The notes: generated from the sequence alone by a model not told the origin. A stretch of 63,870 bases of DNA, filler included, from Rhabdomonas costata (GCA_019059605.1; 33 parts of 33 records of this genome joined end to end with filler, not necessarily neighbours in it), one strand, 5' to 3'; shown: positions 36,504 to 50,824, counted from the whole stretch's first letter. A program made the numbers and translations.

Positions 36504-37954
36504 GTTCGACACAGCTCATCCCCATTTTTTTGTGGTTGCAGAGCTCCAATGTAGATGGGATTCATTATTCTTTTTTTGTTGGTTATCTATGACATTGAAA
36601 TGGACTTTCCTGTTAGAATGTGGTCAAAGTCCAACTGGAGTTCAGGAAACTTCCAACGTCCAGGCTTTTCCTGGAAGGTCACCGAATATAACAATGAGAT
36701 TACAATTGAATTGAAGAGTTGAAAGTGATGANNNNNNNNNNNNNNNNNNNNNNNNNNNNNNNNNNNNNNNNNNNNTTAATTAATTAANNNNNNNNNNNNN
36801 NNNNNNNNNNNNNNNNNNNNNNNNNNNNNNNGTGTTGTTGTTTTGTGCGCACTGTTGATGCATGGACTTGGGAATTTTCTGCGATAGAACCGTTGGAAAA
36901 TACAGTGCTGCACAGATTAAAGATGAAAGTTTGAAATTTTGGGAAAGCCGTTTCATACTGAAAAGGGTATTACGGGTGCATGAGGAAAGATCAGCTTTGA
37001 GGTAAAACATGTTCGAGATGTCCTCCTTGCTGGTGGAGGCCAAACCCACAGGCGGTAGGGCGGGTTGTTACAGGCGGCCCCGCTTTCCAGGCTGGTCGGG
37101 GTCGGAGTCGATCTGTGAGACTGCATGGGGGGCACCTCTTGGCACCGAGTTTGGATTGCAGTTCGGAGTTCGGAACAATTCGCAAATACCCGTATGTAGC
37201 CTCCAAAAAAGCAAAACCCACAACAAAAGCAGACCTCGGAGAAGTTGCACAGCCGGAAAGGGCAGGCTGAGTAAAGGGCAAGGAATGTGAGCAAGTGGGC
37301 CAAACTGAGTGTACAAGGAATCCCTTCTGAAGAGCGGCGTCCGTAAAAAGTAGAAGAAAGAAAAAAGGCATCCTCCCACACGCAACCAACGCACCGAACC
37401 GAGGGAGACTCATGCCTCACTATTCCAAAACTCAGACAGAGAAGATAGCGTGCGGGTGAAGAGGGCACGGCCCTGCCACAGTTGCGTGGATCTTGGTTTT
37501 CGATGAATGGCGGCATAGGCACGACGCCGTCAACCAGACTACAGTGAGGGCAGCAAACGCACGAGAAGCACCCATTTTGTCCACAGAGAGGGGGAGCGCG
37601 CTCACGCAAATGAAAAAAACTATTCCTGTTTGTCTGCGTCGTGTATGGTGCAACCACAGTCCGAAGGAATACATTTCCAGCGACCTCCAGAAACACACAC
37701 TGTATGCTGGTGGCAACCAGACGTTTTTCCTAGCCATGGTGCCCTGGACACCTCCGCTAAAGTCAGCAAATACAAACTCGCATGCCCCAAATGTTTGCTC
37801 ATGTTGACCGCAACGTGGCCGCAACCGCAAAAGAAGCTGAATGTCACTGGTCAGCCAGAAAAAAAACACGACTGTGTGTATGAGAGGGGAGAATCTTGGT
37901 GCAAAAAGAATTTGATGAGCATCAGGCTGGAGACAAGGAGAAAAACCAACATTT

Positions 37955-38660
37955 TCATGCCCCGGCCTCGCATCCACTGCGGTGAGGTTCCACAGCGAAG
38001 CCCACCGCGGCCCCATCATCGGAGCTGGGTTGCTGCAAGGGCGCTGCAGCCGCGTCCCCAGCCTGGCCCTCGTGATCCGGCTCGGGGTGGCACGGCAGAA
38101 CCACAGCCTGCACAGCCTCGGCAAGCTGGGGGCACAGCACAGGCTTCGTCAGCACGCCCTGCATCCCGGCCTGCAGGCACTGCTCGTGCAGCGCCGCGGT
38201 GCGGTCTGCGGTCACCCCTTTGCAGTCCATTCACCAATCACCCACCAAAGGGAAAAAAGAAATCGTACGTTGAACGTTGCATGTAAATTAGTTACTTGTG
38301 GAATGAAGAAGTCAGAAAGGTGTCGAGAAGGAATACGTGTGTAGCTGGACCGCGAGGACCGTAAGGTGATGGCACTGGTCTCATTGGGCACATGTTCGGT
38401 AAAATCCTATTGAAAACCTGGAGGGTGAGAAAGGGTGTTGCATCGCTCCGGGCCGCGGGAATTTTCCAGGATGTCTATGCCCTGTGCATCGAAACGTGAC
38501 TTTCTACAGCTCTCGAGATAGATGGCAGATACCAATGATCGGTATAACCTCCGCGCTCCAATGCAGCCGAACCTGCCGCGTCAGCTCCAGCCCGCACACC
38601 TCCGGCATGTGCACGTCCGTCAGCACTACAATCTGCGCTCTCTCGGGGCTTACCTCTCCA
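37955..38660 (-). CDS. Response-regulator receiver (REC) domain, probably the C-terminus of a hybrid histidine kinase
   Basis: Exon about 38660-38533 (VVLTDVHMPEVCGLELTRQVR...IPIIG) joins exon 38217-37955 (VTAD...EQCLQAGMQGVLTKPV...stop). The phospho-acceptor Asp, the Thr and the KP motif are intact. Confidence 0.9.
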
Positions 38661-40867
38661 CCCCCCACCNNNNNNNNNNNNNNNNNNNNNNNNNNNNNNN
38701 NNNNNNNNNNNNNTTAATTAATTAANNNNNNNNNNNNNNNNNNNNNNNNNNNNNNNNNNNNNNNNNNNNAATCTTTATACCAGTGGTGTCGCACAAAAAC
38801 CTGATTTGTTGCTAAACCAAAGTGGTCACATTCTGGTTCCACTTTTGAGCGTATCTACACCTATCTACAAACGCGTTGCCTCCCTACTGTTGTCTCACGT
38901 ACGTTTTGTTAAGCGCGTTGCATTTGGTGGAACATTATATTTGCTATTTTGTGATTGTTGATTGTTTGTTTTTTGTTTTTTCTTTGTTTACGCTCTCAGT
39001 CTCAATTCGTTCTCTGATGTGGGAAAACTCTTGGTCACATTGAGCGATTTTCTCACGCCTTTTGTTGAGAGTGGACGTGATTTTGTGCTGTTCTCTTGTG
39101 CTTGCTGTGTGAAAACCAAAATCGCAATTAACTGCTAATTATTTAGCTATGTTGGTTTTTCCATTGGCTATTGCATTTGGAAGCAGTGTATTTTACATTT
39201 ATGCATACATACACTGTCTATTCCACATGGTTTTATGCTTTCTTATTTGCACGACAATTAAAAGCAATATATGTAATACACTTTGGCAACAATTTAGCTG
39301 CAGTAATGGTAGCCTCGGTAATCTCTACTTGATATTCCGCATCATCAATCTTACTGTTTTGTGGTTTGACAATACGCTATCCAGTTGTCACTTATTTGCA
39401 AAGATAAAACTTATTATATTGAAAACTTAAATTTCTATTCAGACGAAAAACGTATGCGATTTTTTCCCCGTGGTTTCAGCATCACTGCTCGTGTATACGT
39501 AGCATACTCCAATATTTTTTCATCTTCAGCAAGGGCAGGTGGTCTAAAAACAGTGCCTTGAGTCACTCTTTGTATAATACTCTACATTGGACAAAATAAT
39601 CCACTATCCACTATAATTTCACAGCTCCTTCCGAAAGATCCCCAAGCAGAAGTTTACTGTCCGTGATATTTCCGCTACGTTCGGCACAGTACAGTTCTTC
39701 ATACTGTACAAACAGCCGACGCGCGTGGAATCCACGCAGTATTTCAATACTGCAAGAAAACTGAAAACATTGGACGTTTTTCATTCAATACAGAGAAATA
39801 ATCTTCTGTGTGTACAGATTGGGTAATGCTTACATACCTGTGAGCAATTACAAAGGCCTCCATTCTGCAATTCACGTCGCAATTGTCCCAACCATATGTT
39901 TCCCCAACAAATTGCTGCAAGACCAGCTGGTGGAATCCTTGAAGCTGCAGAAAGTACACCTTTTCATCGAAATCTGCCAATATGCTGGATGTGATACATT
40001 GTACTTGTTTCTTATGTTCCTCTTTCTCAGGTGCAACGCCTTTATTTCAGCGGTAATATTGATCAGTGGCGACACACTTCTATACACTCGCCAGTGAAGA
40101 GGTGTACTGATCCATATTGATTATACTTTCATCAGCAATTGCTTTCATGGAAGCCTACAATAACGCTCGGTTTGCAGCAATACACCAACACTGTGTAACC
40201 AAAACCAGTTATTATTCAATCTCTCTCTTCAATTAAAAGAAAATATAAATGCTACATGCACCTACAACATACGCTTGCAATGTGATGCAGCTAACCAACT
40301 ACCTAAAAGCATCTGCTCTACACATGCGAGCCGATTTTTATATGCTCTTTTGGGTAGAATAGCGTGTCGGCGTGACGCTGATGCTACATGACTTCCATAT
40401 AAGCACAAATACAAAGGAGGTTCTAGTTCGGCTATGGCACCCACCCAGCGGTTCGTCTGAGACACCCCCCATCCCCATCAGTTCGGTTGAGGCACCACCC
40501 CTCCAAATAGGAAAGTAAAGCATCACAACATCATCATGCTTTAGTCCAACATTCCGTTGGATTCGTGTATTGCCTTAGCATGGTGTTAGGAGGCGATGAC
40601 CAAAAACCNNNNNNNNNNNNNNNNNNNNNNNNNNNNNNNNNNNNNNNNNNNNTTAATTAATTAANNNNNNNNNNNNNNNNNNNNNNNNNNNNNNNNNNNN
40701 NNNNNNNNGTTCTGGTTACCTTACCTTACCACGTACCCGAATGCATTCAGAACCCCGCGCGCTAGTTTGCGGACACCGCGGCATTCTGCTTTTGTGGAAA
40801 GAGGCGATCACAAGTCCGATCCTCACCCCTTCATCCCAACACCGCTCTATTTCCCGTGCTTTTCCAG

Positions 40868-42263
40868 GGCCTTGTGGAGGCCGTCCGAAGCAGCCCTGAA
40901 GGCGAACTGGAGCGGCACTCGCTGAAGCTTATTGGGTGCTGCCGGTTCCTTGGCGAGCTCATGGTGGCGTCGCGGCTTTTGCCCGCACAGGTTTGCCCCC
41001 GGGGTGTGCTTGTGTGCTTCTGTTCTGTCCGTGTTTGATTTGTGGTAAACCGCAAGGTGTTGTTACGAAATTCTCGTGCATAGTTTTTTGTGGAACATGA
41101 GGTTGTCGTTGGCTGTTAGTGATGGAATTGCATAAGAAGCCTAATAGAGGTGTAACCGAATCTTAACCTAATTCTGGTTTAATCGTGGTCAAAAATCAAT
41201 CAGTTTGATCAAGAAAATAAGGTGATTATTGCAGTTGGTATTTTGGCGTTGTTAGCATTAAATATAAATGCGAAACAAAAGTTTCCTAAAGGAGAATGAT
41301 TTCAATAAAAAAAAGCGAGCAGCGGTTTTGGGACCTGAAACGAAGGCCACTTATATTGTTGTGTTTTGCGTGACTGGCGGCTTGCCGACCTTGCCGTTCC
41401 TTCCCCGCACAGTTTGGGGTAAACTGCCTGGCCGCTCTGCTATGCCCGGAAGGTTCCCCCCCAGCGGCAGCTGAATTGCAAGGTTTCTGTTCCACCCTCC
41501 CTCTCTCCCCTCTCTGTTTTTCCTCTGCCATTCCGCAGTACTATTCAGCTATTTGTTTTTTCTGTCAGGGGCACTTGCCTTAATGGAGGTGGCTGGGAAG
41601 CGCATCGACGATTACAGCCGCTCTCTGGACCTGAGGCCTCTAGATGGTCTTCTTTGCTCTGTGAAGAATCTTTCCACCAGTCACCCGACCCGGAGGTGCC
41701 GCTTCGTGGCTATGGTACGAGCTTTTGTTTTGTCGGTGCTGGCGACAGCAGATAAGTGCATTATTTTTTGTGGACAAGTGCAAAAGGCCTCTTGGAGGGC
41801 TGGGGAATTTTCCATGTGTTGGCAAGTTTGCAAAGGAGGCGCTGAAAACATCTTTTTTCAACGCGCGCACACTGGAACAGCCTTACGGTGAAAACAGTAA
41901 TTTCAACAGAGCTACGGAGAGAGTTTTGCGCCTGTATAATACATGGGCGGGAAACGTACGTCCACTCACAGCCGGCAATTCAAAGAATATACTTTGATCT
42001 CGTTAGACGTAAAAAGGACGGGAAGCATTATCCTCTCCCTTACTCAGGACATCTTGGAGCTCCAGTCGAGCTCTTGGGTTTCCCGCCGGCAGCGGTTGAG
42101 GCCGAAAGCTCTGGACGACAAAAGCAACTTCCGGCAGGTCCCCCAGCCCATGCCGGAAGATATTCCTGCTCCAGCCCCGGTTCCGGTATCGTCCCCACAG
42201 CCTTTCCTCTCTTCTTCTCCCTTCACCAAGCCGCCTGCGGCATTTTGCCGCGTGTATCTGTGA
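40868..42263 (+). CDS. MIF4G domain protein (eIF4G-like), partial; 3' end uncertain
   Basis: Exons 40868-40990 (LIGCCRFLGEL), 41413-41482, 41569-41714 (LMEVAGKRID...RRCRFVAM) and 42048 onward (DILELQSSSWVSRR...PKALD). Confidence 0.8.
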
Positions 42264-43239
42264 ACCTCAGGTGGCCGCTGCTCCTGTTATGGCAGAGACC
42301 GCATCATTGGCAAGCCGCGCTCAAGCGTTGAGGCGGAAGCAGGTGAATATTCCTTTGTGCTTATGTTTGGGAGAGGAGGAAAAGAGTGGTTGGTCGTGTA
42401 GATCTTGTCCCGAAATCTTCTCAGGAATACCGAGAAAACCTTTGCAGGCACTTACAGACTTTTCGCGCAGCTCGTGAGATGTGTCAACTTGGTGGAAATT
42501 GCTGCAACCTGCTTGCCTGTGGGTAACGTGGCAACCCCCCCCACCNNNNNNNNNNNNNNNNNNNNNNNNNNNNNNNNNNNNNNNNNNNNTTAATTAATTA
42601 ANNNNNNNNNNNNNNNNNNNNNNNNNNNNNNNNNNNNNNNNNNNNAAACTTCCCCCTGAATATCGTAGAAAGGCAGTTGGTAACCTTTACAGTGTGTAGG
42701 ATTTGTGACGATGATCGCTCTCCGGAAACCGGGAAGCAGTTTTGCGTTTGGCACGTTTAATCTCTCTTTATTTTTCATGAACTGAAATGTGTCTTCCTTT
42801 CTAATTTCATACTTTAATGGACCACACTGGATAGGGTATTCTGGCGCGAAAGTTTTACGTGGTTGCGGACACTAATGGAAGAAGCGAACAATGTGGTACG
42901 TAGGCAGAGAAAAAATGCGAAAAATATGAAAAGGGCACTTGGCGAAAAACGTGTACGAAAGGTAAAACTGACCCAGGGGATCAAAAAAAAAAGGCATCGG
43001 TCTGATGAGATTTGCGCCGCGTCTTGCTCCAGACACCTTTCGATGCATGCACGAAGTAGTATTAAAAGTATCGTTTTTCAAATCAATCAATTAATCAGTA
43101 GAAGAACGCTTTTGATGCGGAGGGCTCTGCTTCCTGATTGATGTTTGTTGGCGTGCGTGCGTGCCGTATTCGGAGGTTACATTCCTATCGTCGTTCCGAT
43201 TCCCTTCGGGACCTCTCTTCCTCGTTTTTATCTTCGCAG

Positions 43240-44387
43240 GTCCGGATGCTGGACAAGACGATGGATTCTGCCCGCCGCACCCACGACGTCCAGGTGGTCC
43301 ACGTGGCCTGTGTGTTGCTGTGGAACCTGGCCCTGCCCATCCTGCAGCCGGCGTACCGCAAGCACCTCCGCAAGCCCCTCGTCACCGCGCTGTCCGCGCT
43401 GGAGTCCATCGACTCTAACCTCCACCGGTCTCCCTACCCAATTCTCATCTGCGTTGCCTACGTGCAGATAAGGATAAAAAAGACTCAATGGAAATTGAGA
43501 AGGGGGAGGGTAACGATTACCACTAGTAAGGGTGTGTGCGCCAAAAAATATCCCCGTGCACGGCATGAGGGACCACGCACGCCGCCCGCTGCGAGGCGGT
43601 GGAACACGCTGCACCTTCACATGGAAAATGTCCCCCTGGTCAACTGGCTGAAAGGATGTCAATCCATCCGCCAGATCATTGTGAAAGAAACATGTCTCCA
43701 CAGCAGTAGTGCCTCGTCTTGCAGTCTTGCAGTGTGTGTGTGTGTGTGTGTGGACACCAGGCACCAAACTCTTGTGATATGTATGCGGTCTCAGGCTTCG
43801 CGCTCAACTTCTGCTGGAGATTGCGGAGTGCGACATCGCGGAGGAGCTATTGACAAAGGCCTCGCCCAGCCTGGCCGCCGCACTAAGGCTGGACTACGTC
43901 GTCCCCGACGACGACCGCGACCGCGAGGCATACGCGCCTGTGAAGACCACTTTCTTGTCGCCTGTGTTCTTGACCTTGGGGTAGGGGCAAGGGGGGGGGC
44001 GCACCTCGCATCCAGAGCCCGACCCATCCTCCGATTCCACATGCGAAGCATCCCACAAAAAGTCGACCTCCACCCTACAGTCCCAAAGAACCCGAAAAAG
44101 AGCGTCCAAGGCAGGCGGAGATGGTGCCGTGCTGATGATGACTCAACCACTCCGCCAGTCCCTCCAGGAAGACATCAGATCATCCAGCTGCTCAACCCAG
44201 AGTTCACCCCTTTCATCTCACACTCTCCAAAAAGATCTTCCCCGCTTCTCTGGAGCGCCCTCTGGACCGCTTCCTGGAGCCCACGCTGGCGCGGTGCGAG
44301 CTGCTGTCCAACATTTACGTCCTCCCGGAGAGCGTCGAGGACGAGGCCACTCTGGTCCTCGAACAGGCCAAGGACGCCAGCAACCCC
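43240..44387 (+). CDS. CFAP46: Cilia- and flagella-associated protein 46-like, internal fragment
   Basis: Exons 43240-43426 (VHVACVLLWNLALPILQPAYRKHLRKPL...LESIDS), 43795-43927 (LRAQLLLEIAECD...ALRLDY) and 44235 to about 44387 (ERPLDRFL...IYVLPESVEDEATLVLEQAK). Match to CFAP46 is by recall. Confidence 0.78.
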
Positions 44388-47361
44388 GGTACACACCACC
44401 TTTGTGAAGGACGTTGATTTATGAAGAACCAAGAATGGAACTGCAAATCTGCGAATTCCCTTTTTTCAGGCAATCGTGCATCCNNNNNNNNNNNNNNNNN
44501 NNNNNNNNNNNNNNNNNNNNNNNNNNNTTAATTAATTAANNNNNNNNNNNNNNNNNNNNNNNNNNNNNNNNNNNNNNNNNNNNGTGTGGGTTTCATCAGA
44601 CAACGGCTCAGCGAGAAAACACAAGAAAACGCGGGAACTGTTTTTGGGATGTACGAAATGCACGTTTCTGGCCTTTGACTACCTCAGCAGCCGAAATGTC
44701 ACGTTGAAAAATGCAGAGTGCGGGAACAGAAGCGCACAGAGAGTCCAAATAGAAGCGAACACCTGACTATGGGGCCGTGCTGGTATGGTCTGCATCTGAG
44801 GAGCTCCGGCTCGTCGAGAGGACGACCGCACTCTTCGGGAGGCGCGAAGGGGTCGGCCGAGGTTGGTTCTCGAGGCCCAGCACGGGTCCTCGCAGCACAG
44901 CATCGGGGGATAGCACCGCAGATGGTGGGGGTGAGGGCAGCAGGGATCCGTCGCCAACAGAGGCCGTGGGCGACTCTTGCGGGCAGTCTTGCACTTCTTG
45001 GGGCAATCCGCAAGCTGGTCCAAATTCAGACAGAAAGAGCCCGTTCGTGAGAATACGAGGGAAGAGAGAGAGTAAACAGACAAGAGCGCAGATGACTTTA
45101 CAGGCAGTGGGGAAAATAAACACCTCACGCTTCATTGAGCTTCCGTAATTCCTGTTGTTTGGTGTCGTCACCAGAAAATAGCAAACCAATAGGGTGGGTG
45201 TCCAGCTCCTGATTGGGCGAGCTGAAGAGAGTTTGGGGATTTTATCCCCTCCCCGCTACCCCAGTTTTCCGTTCCGAGCAAGAAAGTGTCCAAGGCAATG
45301 CGTACAACACAGAATGTCTTGGTTTCGGGTTTGAGGCTACGCTACATACCCGCATTCCTATTCAGAACTTCAACACAACAGGATTAGTTGGTGTCCAATC
45401 CCTGGTATTCAGACTGAAGCCCTTCTAGCACTCGACTATCGCTACTCCCCGAAACACTGAATGGAGGTCAGACCAAACCAGGTTGACTAAATTGCCACAG
45501 GGAATCCGTTGGGGCCACCGAGACGGCACCCAAGTCATCGAAGCCATGCCCCAGGAAACCATAGAGCGAAATCAGCTCAGTTGGGGCCAGTGACCGGAAA
45601 GGGGGGGGGGTGTCTACCTTGCAGCCCAGCGCCCGAATGTCTGCCCGAAGCTGCTCAGTGATCCCGACCTGAAGTCGAAGCTGCTCCTCCAGAGAGATCA
45701 CAGTCTTGTGCAGGCAATGTGCCTTCTTTTTGGCCTGTGAGCCACCGGCGACCCCCACACCAACTCCACAGCTCATCTCAACTTCGATCACTTCCATCTG
45801 AAACCGAGAGAGAGAGAGAGAGGCAAAAAGTTCCTGTCAAAACTCGTCCCTAATGCGCTTGAAATCTTGAAATGAGTAGTGGCACGGGTGGTCGGGTCTC
45901 GCTGGGGCCGGATCCTTGATGATGATGCGCTTTCAAATAAGGAGGAGAGCCTCTGGGGGTCTCCGTGGGGAGCTGGAGGAAGCGCGCGGCTTCTCGGGCC
46001 GCTCGTTGTTTGATCTCCGAGAGCTTCAGGTTCCGCATTATCCGCCGAAATCTCAATAGCAGGGGGACGGCGCTGGGGAGGAATTTTAGAAAATCCCCAC
46101 ACACACACAACAACAACCATGACCATAGTGCAAGCATCTGAAGTCCAAAATAGCAGGAAGGTGGCAATATGTAGCATAAATGTAAATGAGAGATTTCAAC
46201 CACGGCACATCACAGAATGCCACGAAGGACCACCGGCCCATATATAAGCTAAAAAAACTTCTGATCGAAACGTCACACACTCAATTCTCAGTTTCGGGGT
46301 GTTACTATGCATACGTACCATCTGACACTCCTCGAGCTGGGCCGCATGCCGACTTTGCCACTGCAGCTGTTGCTCCAGCATGCCCACCACGGCCTGCAGA
46401 GAGGGCTCCAGCAGACTGCTNNNNNNNNNNNNNNNNNNNNNNNNNNNNNNNNNNNNNNNNNNNNTTAATTAATTAANNNNNNNNNNNNNNNNNNNNNNNN
46501 NNNNNNNNNNNNNNNNNNNNAGGTGAAAATAGTTTCCAGGCTTTTTTGCTTTACCTTGTTAAGGCGTATAAAAGCACATTAACGTGATTCCCGGAACTTG
46601 TGATGGAGGAAGGTTATTACGATCATAAGGTGTGTGCGTGTGAATGCCCTGGACCGTAGCAGTGGATTTATCCATTCTTTTGGGCTTTTTTCTCCTGGGT
46701 TTGGGCTACAGCAGAAGCAATTCATCTCTGTAGGCGAAGTGTCTTGCATCCTTGGGAAAAGGTGGGGATCCCGTCACCAGCACAGTCGTGCTCTGGTGTA
46801 TGTGAGTGTGAGCGTGTGCTGATCGGGGGTCACGTGGGGAAAGCCAACCCTACGTGACGAGAGACAGGGATAAACACCATCTACGGACAATTGTGTGAGG
46901 CCCAATGGGAGCCCAGGGGGGGAGTGGACTTCGAGTCCTCCCCAGAAGTAATTCACCCTGGCCAAGTGCACTATGTATGTGTGCTCGTTTTGGGAGTACT
47001 TCTCTTCGCTTGTGCCCGTCGTATTTCTAAAACGTGTGGGAACGCCCATTCCGCCCGCCGGTTCGTGTCACTTATTGAGATCCAAAATCAATCGGCGCGG
47101 CATTTGTGGACTGGGGTGTGTATGCGGGTGGCGTGGTCCTCTGGGGGGCTGTTGTGTTTTTTTGAAGACTTATGCTGTCCCCGTTGATTCACAAAGTCAA
47201 AGCGTTTTACGCCGTTAAACTTTTAACCCACCCACACCAAATACAAATTTTTCCTGGACTGGTGATCCCGAAGGTTTACCTTTTTTTAGCCGTTTTTTAT
47301 CATTGCAGCAGATCTTTGTTCCCGGTGTATCTGTTGTTTGTGTGTGTATGTGTGCGTGCAG

Positions 47362-47473
47362 GTTGACATATGGTCCGTGGGGTGCATCATGGCGGAGATG
47401 TTTCGGAAGGGCAAGGTGATGTTCCCCGGTAAGGACCGCTTGCACCAAATCGTGGAAATCGTCCGGGTGCTCG
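47362..47473 (+). CDS. CMGC (MAPK/GSK3/CDK-like) kinase exon, subdomains IX-X
   Basis: [45 protein letters not shown]. Confidence 0.9.
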
Positions 47474-50400
47474 GTAGCCGTGTTTTGTGACTTGCTTAGG
47501 GGCGAGTTGGGTCTGTGCCCGGTCTTGTCATATAAAGGTGGAGGGGGGAGACTCTTGGCCAAGCCCTGTATAGGATCGGAAGACGAAGATCTCACGATGC
47601 AATGTGCATCGGTATATCTGTGTATGCTGATTATCGTTTGCATACACCCATTGGGTCAATGCTCAATGCTTGGGGTGAGTGGGGGGGGGGGACGAAAAAT
47701 TGAAATATTGAAAGTTTTTGCCCAATGTTTGTCATGTTTGGTTCATTTTGGAGGTTTCTGGCGGCATCTGTGGAGTGCAGAAGTGATGTGCGTGTATATT
47801 TGTGTCAAATGCGCATTATTCGCGGGTAGTTTTGCAAGCTATGGGGTGTGCACATCTTATCGAGCAGAAGAGAGAATTAACCCCAGCATAGTGGGAGCAG
47901 TTGTCCCCTGAGAACGAATAATTGCTGCTTGTAGGAGGACAACTAGCATATCCCCCTCCGAATTCCTACGTACGATTTTGCAGTGGTGTTAGAGGGCATG
48001 TTTCCGGGATCCCTGAACTCAAATTTGCAGTGTGTCAGTTTTTCTTCAGCATGTGTTAAGCTCTCAAGCCATAGAACCAGATGCCAGGTGCTTTCTGGAG
48101 GGCTTTCCACGGGTGGGGTGATTGGAAAAGTTCACGTGACGTAAGTATTGGTGATACCAGTTAATGCTCCTATCTGCAGAACGCAGAGTTCCGCATGGTG
48201 ACACAACCCCGGACCAAGGTTAGAGCTTCGGGGTGGTCGGCCTTTGGAACAGCCCGACAACCCAGCCAGCCGTCTCGCTGCAAACGAAACGCTCCCTTGC
48301 TTGCCGATACAGGGAGGTATTTTTCCTTGCAGAAAGTCCTGTGATCCCCCCAACCCCNNNNNNNNNNNNNNNNNNNNNNNNNNNNNNNNNNNNNNNNNNN
48401 NTTAATTAATTAANNNNNNNNNNNNNNNNNNNNNNNNNNNNNNNNNNNNNNNNNNNNTTGTGTGTTTAGCAGGTAGCAGAAACCCCGCCAAAAGTTGAAC
48501 GGCCGAGGCAGTGCAAACAATACGCAGTCGGGGGTTCTGCTACCTGCTTAACACAGAACCAATCAAGCCACCTCCCATTGATGGACATAAATCTCGAATT
48601 ATACTTGCCTTTCAGGGGGGGGGGGCGACCAGATTATTTGTACTTATTTATACATACTTCCTAATTTTTTGAGGCTGATATTGAATTTCGAATCCCCTTT
48701 TGCTGAATTTGCAAGCATTGCTCTGCACTCGAAGTTAAGAATTCCATGATTTTCGGGCACTTTGTTCTGGTTGTGCGGTGTGCTCCCGTACTTACCCCTC
48801 CCCATCTGTCTTCAATGCAGCTCGACTCCACCTTCTGTTGCACCATGGATGATGTGCGCTCTTCGGTGGGACATCGGTCCCCTGCTTTAGCTTAGGCTTT
48901 ATCGTGGTACGTTGGTACGGACACATGAGTGTAAATGCCCCTTCCTTCTGTCCGAGTTTTGGCAGGGCGTGGCCCGCGAAGCTACGTGCCGCGGCGAGCT
49001 TCATGGGTCCCATTGTTGGTTGCTGCGGTTATCTTGCTGGGGTGTGCTATGGCGGCGTTTTCCGTGCACCGCGCCTCGCGGCCCCCTGCGAAGAGCCCAT
49101 TTCAGGGGCTTGGAAAGCGCCCCTCTCAGGAGGCAACACCCCAGGCATTTTGACTTGATATTTTTGCCCTGGGTTGTGAGCTTCTCATAATTTCAGAAAA
49201 TCCGGCAGGGGAAGAGGAGCTCAGAGAGTTGCAAGGGGTCTGTTCAACTTGGCAGGCGGGAGCGCGGCAAAAAAAGTTAGGGTAAGGGTGAGATGTAGGG
49301 TAAGGGCGACGGCAGGCAAACAGAAGAGGAGTAGCTGTGCTGTAAGAGCGGGAAGCCCATCAGGAGAAGATAACTTTGGAGGCCAACTTTAGGTCTCTCC
49401 AAAAATGTGGAAGTCAATCGTATTGAAATGTAAATGTAATGTGCGTGCATTGTGCGCTCGAATGCCCGCGGGTCGCAGATTTCCAGGTTTCCAGATCAGC
49501 ACAGCTGGATCCTTTTACCACGGCTGTTAAATAATCATTTTGAATCCCTTGACCCAACCTGGACTGTGGGTTGGGCTTTGAGCTGTATGGATTGACATTA
49601 CCTGAATTACCTGAATTGGGGAGGTTTTCTGCCAGCGAGACGAGTATATTGGAGCGAATGCCTACTATTGCCCTTGCTACCACTGAGATGTGAGTCGTTT
49701 TTGCTTCTTTTATGGCGTGCCAAAGTGTCCAGGTATGCATGTTTGCCCGTTTCACCCCAAAACTGAGAGGTGGAAAAACGTTTCCAAAAAAAGGAGACAT
49801 TTCGGACTGAGGTTGGGAGGGGGAAAAATTTTCGATTTTCAACCCACATTGTCTGAATGAAATGCCCCTGGGAGTGTTTCCTGATGAATTTGGGTGGGTG
49901 AGTTGAGTGCCGTTTTTGAACCAGAAAAACACCCCTGCTTCTAAGAATTGCCCACATTTTAGCAGACAGTGGTTGCTTTAGGGCAACTGAAGGAAACTAT
50001 TCATTTTGATGTGCATCTTTCGTCGGAGTTCTGACAGTTTGATGTTTATGTGGGAAACTCTCACTTTTGAGATGAAACGGGTCATACATAGTGCAATCCA
50101 CCGTCGTTTTATTATCTGGATTCCGCTTCTGAGAAGGAAGGAACATGACTCAGTCTCTTGCGCTGGTTCTTTTTCCTTCCAATGGCTCCGTCCTCTTCTC
50201 TACGGTGCAGGAGGTTTCCTCCGCTGTGCCCCGCTCCAGCCCTGAGAACAGTTCCGCTGAAAGGCCCCTTTGCAGCTCCGCCTCACCGCTGTTNNNNNNN
50301 NNNNNNNNNNNNNNNNNNNNNNNNNNNNNNNNNNNNNTTAATTAATTAANNNNNNNNNNNNNNNNNNNNNNNNNNNNNNNNNNNNNNNNNNNNGTGGGGT

Positions 50401-50824
50401 GTGGTCATGTGTCGTCAGACTCGTCATCACAACATCCCAACTCTGCGACACATGACCACTACCAACTAGAAAGGCGAGGGTAGTTGCTACAACATCGAGA
50501 AACCAACCCGCACATGCCATGCACAATGCATGCATCCCCCTCATACAAAAAAGGAGGAGGCTGAAGCGCTTCCACAGCCCGCTGTGACGGCTTCTTAATA
50601 GGTGATCACCGAGGGTACAAGGGTTGCCCTCACATTTGCCCACATTTGTTTCAAGTTTGTCCAGCCGCTGCAACCGGGAGCAATGGCAGCCCCAAAGAAA
50701 GTCCAGTTGCATCTGCTATTCAGAAGCGAAGCGGTCTTCGTGCGAAAGAAAAGGGTGCTCTGGTGCTCTTTGCACAGCCATCGTGTGGTCTTATTATGCA
50801 GGTTTCCACCCTTTTTGCCCTGTG

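Noticed and set aside
43138..44424. 428-aa ORF as a single protein
   Set aside because: Only 43240-43426 is coding in this frame. The rest reads through introns, including a TG repeat, and the later exons use other frames.
49276..49308. TTAGGG/TAAGGG-like units as a telomere
   Set aside because: There are only a few degenerate internal copies.
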